Source: a virus
DNA length: 64,000 nucleotides
IMG/VR virus record: IMGVR_UViG_3300036857_000619
Span: 1-64,000 of that record
Strand: one strand, 5' to 3'
Shown: one piece after another, positions 58,028 through 64,000 of the stretch
How the letters are laid out: each line of letters starts with the position of its first letter
How positions within the stretch are numbered: position 1 is the stretch's first letter
Translations under genes and position numbers: made by a program
Notes under the pieces: generated by a model
The model's database searches: none
Told to the model about the DNA's origin: nothing
The model's input: the letters and a program-made list of their open reading frames with translations, nothing else

Positions 58028-59379
58028 GTGCTCGCCATCCCGTGTTCGGCGTCGGGGGCGTTGAAGTCGTCGGCAACCCACGGCACGCCCGTCAATGGAT
58101 TCAGACCGTAGGGCACCGAATACACCGTGTAGTTGGCGGGCGATGGTCTGACCGACTGCCCGACGAGCTGCCCGGCCCGACGCGTCACGGTCGCGAGCTT
58201 GAAGCTGGTTCCGCTCACATTTTTGGTCGTGTAGACGTACTGCGCACCGAGAATGCGCCGCGGCACGTGCTCCATCGGATAGGTGTCGATCAACCCCGTC
58301 TCCCTGGCGGACACCAGCCCGTTGTCGAAGTCTGGCGTGGGTCGATCACTGACCAGTTGCCAGTTCGCGCCGTCCGGCTGGGGTGTCCAGCCCGTGGTCG
58401 TACCTACCGCACGGGGCCGGATCGCGGTGACCTGAACATCTCCCAGGAACGACACCGGGTCCGGCTCAATCGTATCCAGCATGTACACATCGTCGTAGTC
58501 GTACCGAAAGTTGAACAGAAACGGCCAACTGCTCTGACCACCGATCTTGCCCAGATAAATCGTGTCGTACTGGTTGCCCACGTCGCCTTCCCAGGAGCCG
58601 TAGAGTCTGCCATCGCGCTGCACGGTCATTCTTCCGTTGCCGATACGGAACTCCCAGTAGTGCCACTCGCCAGGCAACGCGGTGTCGGGCGGACCGTTGC
58701 CAAGCTGATTGCCCCACACCGCTTCCTCGAACCCCGACGTGGGCAATCCAGGGCCGTTCGGCTCGAAATGCAGTCCTTCAAACACGACACCGAGCCCGGT
58801 GGAGCCCTGGGCTTCGTCGTAGCTGAATGTCGTGTAGCCCGTGCCGTACGGGTGCCACAGGGCGACAATCGCGGCGTACATCGCTTTGACCGCCTCGCCC
58901 AGACCGATCAGGCCACCATGACCGGGCGGCGGCGGGATGTACACCCGATCCCGTCGGCCGATGCCGATGACCTCGTTGTGGTAGCCAATCAGCGCGCTGG
59001 CCTGGCAGATCCCACGCCGACTGAGGCCCATGAAGTCCCACCCGTAAATGGCTGGCGGGCTTGTCCCAAGCGCCCCGCCGACATCACTGACGTTGACATA
59101 CGGGCGCATGGCGAAACCGACGATCACTTCGTCCTTCGGTTGGGCCAGGTATTTTCCGAGAAAGTTGTACTGGCCGAACTGGTCGTGATAGTTCAGCTCG
59201 AGATAACCCAGACCGTTTCGGCCACCCGTGGCGTGCGTGCGCACTTGTGGTAAATCGCCCCGGCCAGCGAACTGCATGATGCCCCACTTGCTGGCAAGCG
59301 GCCACGCGTTCAGGTTCTCCGGATCGAGCGACAGGTCCATCGTGTAATGGTCGAACGAGTCGGTGAACAGCAAGCTCAC
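58024..59379 (-). CDS. Divergent ConA-like virion protein P7 (451 aa)
   Basis: VSLLFTDSFDHY...WHYWEFR...YDYDDVYMLD...FLGDVQV.AIRP...NWQLV. Confidence 0.7.
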   Translation of the reverse strand: MSLLFTDSFDHYTMDLSLDPENLNAWPLASKWGIMQFAGRGDLPQVRTHATGGRNGLGYLELNYHDQFGQYNFLGKYLAQPKDEVIVGFAMRPYVNVSDVGGALGTSPPAIYGWDFMGLSRRGICQASALIGYHNEVIGIGRRDRVYIPPPPGHGGLIGLGEAVKAMYAAIVALWHPYGTGYTTFSYDEAQGSTGLGVVFEGLHFEPNGPGLPTSGFEEAVWGNQLGNGPPDTALPGEWHYWEFRIGNGRMTVQRDGRLYGSWEGDVGNQYDTIYLGKIGGQSSWPFLFNFRYDYDDVYMLDTIEPDPVSFLGDVQVTAIRPRAVGTTTGWTPQPDGANWQLVSDRPTPDFDNGLVSARETGLIDTYPMEHVPRRILGAQYVYTTKNVSGTSFKLATVTRRAGQLVGQSVRPSPANYTVYSVPYGLNPLTGVPWVADDFNAPDAEHGMAST

Positions 59380-59903
59380 GTCGGCTGCCCTCGCATCCGG
59401 AGCAGTTGCTCCTGGTCGCCGACCGCGATCGGCTGCACGGTGAGCTGCGGCTGCTCCTTCATGTACAGCACCAGCGTCAACTGCTCGACCACGGCGGCGT
59501 CGCGAGGCTGGATCAGAATGGCGTCGCGGCGGTTGAGCTGGAGCGGTCCATTCCAGCTGGAGAGATCCGTGGAGTTGATGTTCGTCGTGCCTGGCAGATA
59601 CGGCGCCGGGCCATCGCCGATCATGTCGCGCCACACCCGCGGCGTCTGCCAGTCCGACCAGGACAGCGCGAAGCGAACCTCGCCGGGCACCGTCGAGTCG
59701 ATCGACCATTCCACCAGCACGCACGGTTTGGTCACCACCAGAATCGCCTGTTCGTCGCCGGTGAAGAAGTAGCCTGGCGCGCCGAATTGCTGCTCCAGAC
59801 CGTGCGCGTCGGCGGGCATGGGCGGGCTGTTCGGCCGCGTGCGGGCAAGAAAGCTCTCTGCGGCACGCTGCAGATCGCGATCAGGCAGGATTTGCTGGGG
59901 CAC
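59376..59903 (-). CDS. Hypothetical tail-region protein (175 aa)
   Basis: GGAGG SD before the GTG at 59903. Confidence 0.6.
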   Translation of the reverse strand: MPQQILPDRDLQRAAESFLARTRPNSPPMPADAHGLEQQFGAPGYFFTGDEQAILVVTKPCVLVEWSIDSTVPGEVRFALSWSDWQTPRVWRDMIGDGPAPYLPGTTNINSTDLSSWNGPLQLNRRDAILIQPRDAAVVEQLTLVLYMKEQPQLTVQPIAVGDQEQLLRMRGQPT

Positions 59904-61593
59904 CGGACCTCCGCATTTGGGTGGGAATGATGGGATTGCCGTTCTGATCGAGCTCCAGACCACCGCCCAGGTACGTCGGCGTCTGGGTCAGCACCGGCGC
60001 GCCGGCGCGGACTTCGAGCTCGAAGTCGTTACCCTGGCACCACAAGGGCTCGCCGGTGCCCAGCCGGTCGGGGAGGCCCGCCGGCCCCTGGACGAGATGG
60101 ATCTGGCCGGGCGCGATCAGCGTGTCCTGCGCGGTGGTGAGCGAGCCGGTGACCGTCTCGCGCGCGATCTCGAGCAGCCGCGCCTTTGCGACCGTCTCGC
60201 AATCCATGCCGAAGCGCTGGGTGGGATCAATGTCCTGGGGCGGCCCGTTCAGCGTGAAGCCGGCATTGATGGCCTTGGCGTCCGAGCCGTCCTGGCCCCG
60301 GTCGACCGTCCAGCTGCTGCCAGCGACGTCAGTCACCAGCATCGACTCGGCCGTCTCCGCGCAAAAAAGCGTGAAGGGCGGGTCCGGGAAGCGGTCCATG
60401 CTGTCGGGGGTGATCGACGTGGCGTCCGCGGTGGCGGCGGCCGCCGCCTTGGCCGAGACCGAGCGCTGGGTGTAGCTGAGTTGCCCGCTCACGCTCATCC
60501 AGTCGATCCAGTCGCTCGAGGGCGGCGACGGATCGTAGTGGTAGGTCGTGGGCCCTGGTGGCCCGATCGGCATGAAGATCGGGATGTTCGTCGCGGCCTC
60601 CCAGTGCATCTGGAAGGGCCCCAGCTCGGTGCCCATCACCAGCGTGCGATTGCCGAGCGGATAGTCGCGCTGGAAACTCGCCGACAGGATGTTCGGCGTG
60701 CCGGGCGCGGGCGGAAACTGGTTGCCATCGGCGTCGCGGATCTCCGTCGAGCCGCCCTCGGTGAAGATGATGTCGGTGCCGTCGAGGTCCTGCGAGTACG
60801 GGCCGCTCGGGTGACCGCCGACGAGTTTGACCACGACGTCGCCCGACGGCATCTCGAACAGGCGGAAGAAGCCGATGCGATTCGGCGGCCCGAGATCGTA
60901 CAGCGCTTCGATCTGGGAGTATTTCTGGAGATAACTGAGCGCGGACTCACCCGCGCGGCGGTAGGCGTTTTCGACGTTGACGTCCCCACCCGCAGACAGG
61001 CCGCCGGTGCCGGAGTGCCAGATGAAGCGCAACCCGACCGGATCGGCGATGCCGAAGCCATAAACGCGGCCCGTGGACTGGAGGTTGGCCAGCGTGTGCG
61101 GCACGTTCGCCCGCAGCAGCACCGCGTGGGCGATCTCCGTGTACGTCGCGCAACCGGCGAAGTGGCCAGAGCTGGGCACCAGGTCCTGGACGCGCAGACC
61201 CCCGATCCCGATCGAGTAGGTGGTGTTGCCGAAGGTCAGATTGGGGATCGTCCGTCCGGGGATGCTGGTGCTCTCCTGCCAGTTGATGTATTCGTCGGCT
61301 CGCGACAGCTCGCCGACGCAGTCCATGACGACGTTGCGCGGCAAGAGGTCGTAGTGCGCCTTGCGGCGGCGGCCCTTGAAGCGCGTGATGAGCCCATTAC
61401 CCCCGTCAGCTACGGCGACACCGCACTTGATCTCGACCGGAGAGTCGTACGTGCCGTAGGCGTAGGGCGCGACGATGGTGGCGCGCGCGACGGCGTCCGT
61501 CAGTGAGTGGCTGGCGCGAAACGCCAGGAAGTCGTGCACAGTCTGATTGCCGACGGTCAACTGCGCCTGGATCTGGCGGCGCACGATCGGCAT
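59881..61593 (-). CDS. Tail hub / baseplate-like protein (570 aa)
   Basis: Second gene after the tape measure; MPIVRRQIQAQLTVG...ATIVAP...VEIKCG...RFKG resembles hub-protein N-termini. Confidence 0.55.
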   Translation of the reverse strand: MPIVRRQIQAQLTVGNQTVHDFLAFRASHSLTDAVARATIVAPYAYGTYDSPVEIKCGVAVADGGNGLITRFKGRRRKAHYDLLPRNVVMDCVGELSRADEYINWQESTSIPGRTIPNLTFGNTTYSIGIGGLRVQDLVPSSGHFAGCATYTEIAHAVLLRANVPHTLANLQSTGRVYGFGIADPVGLRFIWHSGTGGLSAGGDVNVENAYRRAGESALSYLQKYSQIEALYDLGPPNRIGFFRLFEMPSGDVVVKLVGGHPSGPYSQDLDGTDIIFTEGGSTEIRDADGNQFPPAPGTPNILSASFQRDYPLGNRTLVMGTELGPFQMHWEAATNIPIFMPIGPPGPTTYHYDPSPPSSDWIDWMSVSGQLSYTQRSVSAKAAAAATADATSITPDSMDRFPDPPFTLFCAETAESMLVTDVAGSSWTVDRGQDGSDAKAINAGFTLNGPPQDIDPTQRFGMDCETVAKARLLEIARETVTGSLTTAQDTLIAPGQIHLVQGPAGLPDRLGTGEPLWCQGNDFELEVRAGAPVLTQTPTYLGGGLELDQNGNPIIPTQMRRSGAPANPA

Positions 61594-62102
61594 CAGGGAC
61601 CTATTCCATTCGGCGACGGAGCGCCCGTCTCCTCGTGCGTCTGGGCGGTCTTCGCGGTCCCACCGATCGCCCCGTCTGGGGCACTGGCGGGATCGACCAG
61701 CAGGAGGAAGTCGGCTTCCGCCTTGTGGACCGCCATCGGCAGCGCCTCGTTGCGGCTCAGGCTGACCAGGATGGCCGTGTAGGTGACTGGCTCCGTGATG
61801 ACAGGCCGGTTGGCGATGCCAGAGCGGACCTGCAGGCTCATGTTGAGCGGACCACTGGGGTCCGGCCCCCAGTGATCGACATACACGACACCGCCCACGC
61901 TCGGATCGCCAGCCACGCGCACGGAGCATGGGCGCACGTAGCTGAACAGCGCGTCGAGCTCGACGATGTCGTACACGAGGATGGATCCCGACAGGTGCAG
62001 GGCGCCGTCCTGGATGGTGCGTTTCGGGTTGCCGTATTCCCAGTCGAAGCCCGTGCCGCGGAAACTTGAGACCGGGGAGTAGTAGGGCGAGGGCATCGTC
62101 AT
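61593..62102 (-). CDS. Distal tail-like protein (169 aa)
   Basis: Immediately follows the tape measure; beta-rich. Confidence 0.5.
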   Translation of the reverse strand: MTMPSPYYSPVSSFRGTGFDWEYGNPKRTIQDGALHLSGSILVYDIVELDALFSYVRPCSVRVAGDPSVGGVVYVDHWGPDPSGPLNMSLQVRSGIANRPVITEPVTYTAILVSLSRNEALPMAVHKAEADFLLLVDPASAPDGAIGGTAKTAQTHEETGAPSPNGIGP

Positions 62103-64000
62103 CGCTGAGCGACTCCCGACATCGTGCCGTTGACGTTGCCCTGAGCGGTGCGGAACACGTAGACGAGCTGATTGCGCACCTGTTCGTAGGTCTGATCGCC
62201 GGCTTGATCGGCGGCGGCGCGGGCGATGCGTTCGATGTCCTCCTGGGAATTGATCGTCGCGCCGCTCAGATCGACGCTGATCGACGGCGCGGTCGACGGC
62301 ATCATCGCCGCGTGGTACACCTCGGCCTGCTCGGGTTCGGCCGCGGGTGTGATCGGCGCCTGGACGTAGCTCTGAATCGGGCGAACGTCGGGCCCCTGCG
62401 GAAACAGCCGCCGCAGCACCTGGTCGCTCGCGCCGCTGAAGATCTGCCGGATCTCGGGCGTGAGCGTGTCGCCGAAGCCCTGCATCGCTGCCTGGAGCTG
62501 CTGTTTGGTCGCGACCGGCGCCTGGGCGGGTGGTGGCGCCGGCTGCGGCTGCGGTTGGGCCTCGAGACTGCGGAGCGCGGCGACGATCTGGGCGAACTCG
62601 CTCAGCTCTTCGGGCGTCGGCTGGGTCTGGTAGGGATCTCGGCCTGGGACGAGGATGCCCTGGCGCACGCCCTCCTGTTGGGCCCGCGCGAAGGCCGTCG
62701 GCAGATCGAGCAAACCCGATTCGATGGCCCCGAGATCGTTGTGCACGAACTCCGGCGCAAGCCCGAGGTGGCGCAGCGCCGCATTGGTCACTTCCTGCGC
62801 GGAGGGCGGTGCTGCCGCGGGTGGGGGCTGGGACGGTTGTCCGCCGCCGCCTGCGCCGCCACCCGGCCGCTGGTCCGGATACTCGCCGCGCTCGCCGCGC
62901 CGCTGGTCCTCGAGCGCGCGCTGGTTGGCTTGCTTGGTCTGCTCGTCGGTGATCTGCTTCTGAATATCCAGGCGCGCCTGGTCCGCCACGAGCTGCAGCG
63001 CCGTCGTCTTCAGCAGGTCGTTGGCGACATTCAGCAGGTCGGTCTCGGCTGCCAACCCGGCGTTTTCGAGGATCGCGGCGCGTTCGGCGGCCGTTGCCTG
63101 ACGCTCGAGCGCGTCAGCCCCCAGCACCTGCCGCTCGGCGATCTCGCGTTCCGGTTCGCGCTGCAGATCGCGCAGATCGAGGGCCGTCTGGATGTGTAGT
63201 TGCTGGTTCTGCAGACTCGCCGCGATCTGCTGTTGCTGGAGCTGGACGTCCTCGAGCGCGCGCTGCTCGTTGCTCAGTTGATTCAGGATCAGGTCGCGCG
63301 CGATCTGCTCGTCCTCAAGCTGGCGTTGGGGGCCGACCAGCGAGCGTTGCGCTTCCAGGGACTGGGGCAGTTGGGCCTGCGCTTCGAGCGTGGCCTGGAT
63401 CTGTTCCTGCACCAGACCAGGGATCGCCCCAAAGTCCGCGCCGCGGCCGAGCAGCACATTGGCGCCGATCGCACGCAACCGCGCGCCGGCGATCGTGGCG
63501 CGATACTGCAGGTCCTCCTGCTCGCGCGTGGCAGCCAACGAGCCCTGACGGGCCAGGAGCAGCTGTCGCTCAGTCTCCAGGTTGGTGCGCTGGGCGATGG
63601 TGACCCTTGCCTGGAGCTGAGTCTGTTGCAACTGGTTGTCGGAGATGGCCAGCTCGAGTTGGAGTTGCTGCGCCTTGAGATTGGTGAGCTCCTGCTGGCG
63701 GCTGATGCCATTGGCCTGGACGTCGAGCAAGTCGTGCTGGTGCTGGGCGGAGAGCTCGTCGAGTTGCGCCTGGGCCTGGGCACGGCCCATGGCGATGTAG
63801 GCGCGCGCCTGCTCGATCTGTTTGAGCTGCGCCTGGGCGCCGGCCTGGCGCTGAAGATCGGCCAGCTCCTCCGCGGCTGGCCGCGTGCCGGGCTGACCCT
63901 GGATCGTCGCGACCGCGCCGGGTCCCTGTGCCGCGGCGCGGACCAGCGGCGGCAGCACTTCCAGGTTCTGGGCCTGCAGCGCCGTCGCCGCGTTGCGCTG
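62099..64000 (-). CDS. Tape measure protein, C-terminal part (frame open to the window edge)
   Basis: Long Q/A/L/E-rich helical ORF; C-terminal ISVDLSGATINSQEDIERIA motif typical of TMP ends. Confidence 0.7.
   Translation of the reverse strand, partial: QRNAATALQAQNLEVLPPLVRAAAQGPGAVATIQGQPGTRPAAEELADLQRQAGAQAQLKQIEQARAYIAMGRAQAQAQLDELSAQHQHDLLDVQANGISRQQELTNLKAQQLQLELAISDNQLQQTQLQARVTIAQRTNLETERQLLLARQGSLAATREQEDLQYRATIAGARLRAIGANVLLGRGADFGAIPGLVQEQIQATLEAQAQLPQSLEAQRSLVGPQRQLEDEQIARDLILNQLSNEQRALEDVQLQQQQIAASLQNQQLHIQTALDLRDLQREPEREIAERQVLGADALERQATAAERAAILENAGLAAETDLLNVANDLLKTTALQLVADQARLDIQKQITDEQTKQANQRALEDQRRGERGEYPDQRPGGGAGGGGQPSQPPPAAAPPSAQEVTNAALRHLGLAPEFVHNDLGAIESGLLDLPTAFARAQQEGVRQGILVPGRDPYQTQPTPEELSEFAQIVAALRSLEAQPQPQPAPPPAQAPVATKQQLQAAMQGFGDTLTPEIRQIFSGASDQVLRRLFPQGPDVRPIQSYVQAPITPAAEPEQAEVYHAAMMPSTAPSISVDLSGATINSQEDIERIARAAADQAGDQTYEQVRNQLVYVFRTAQGNVNGTMSGVAQR

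Noticed and set aside
49704-59379. Diversity-generating retroelement acting on the tail paralogs
   Set aside because: No reverse transcriptase in the window, and no near-identical TR/VR pair differing only at adenines; the paralogs differ at all base types.
1-64000. Genome-wide TAG recoding (suggested by the in-frame TAG before the ligase and TAG-start junctions at 10289 and 15470)
   Set aside because: TAG terminates genes at positions where paralogs end in TAA or TGA (DREID-TAG vs DREID-TAA; P5 VTVR-TAG vs P1 VTVR-TAA), and abutting stop-start junctions also occur with TGA.
1-64000. CRISPR array
   Set aside because: No run of identical repeats with regular unique spacers; the promoter and SD repeats are dispersed and degenerate.
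1-64000. IS elements or transposases
   Set aside because: No DDE, HUH or serine-recombinase motifs and no terminal inverted repeats found; the only mobile genes seen are homing-type endonucleases.

Overview
The window looks like part of a large, very GC-rich tailed phage (or prophage) genome. The host cannot be determined from the sequence; Ku, Uma2, leaderless starts and the GC content would fit Chloroflexota or Actinomycetota. About 130-44,540 is a + strand early/accessory arm of mostly short, tightly packed ORFs, many with CxxC zinc motifs. It is driven by about 11 related extended -10 promoters that share a conserved spacer. Recognisable genes there are Ku, a minimal ATP-dependent DNA ligase with a LAGLIDADG endonuclease inserted at its 3' end, a TGT/DpdA-like TIM barrel, a double-domain AAA+ ATPase module, a spermidine-synthase-like methyltransferase, a lone RuvB, a WGR-domain protein, two GIY-YIG nucleases, a Uma2 nuclease and HTH regulators. 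About 44,520-64,000 is a convergent - strand late arm: the tape-measure C-terminus, distal-tail/hub-like genes, seven paralogous ConA/LamG-like virion proteins, a beta-strand-repeat protein and a DNA amino-methyltransferase. No integrase, terminase, capsid, CRISPR array, reverse transcriptase or complete tRNA was seen. The best candidates for something new are: (i) the seven-paralog adhesin array with a repeat 'scaffold' protein; (ii) repeated promoter/stem-loop/SD cassettes in the first 5 kb, including a covarying RNA repeat and a tRNA-like minihelix, attached to domain-shuffled paralogs; (iii) two gene insertions that duplicate a gene's 3' end, in a genome encoding Ku plus ligase. Family names come from motif recognition by eye, not from database searches.
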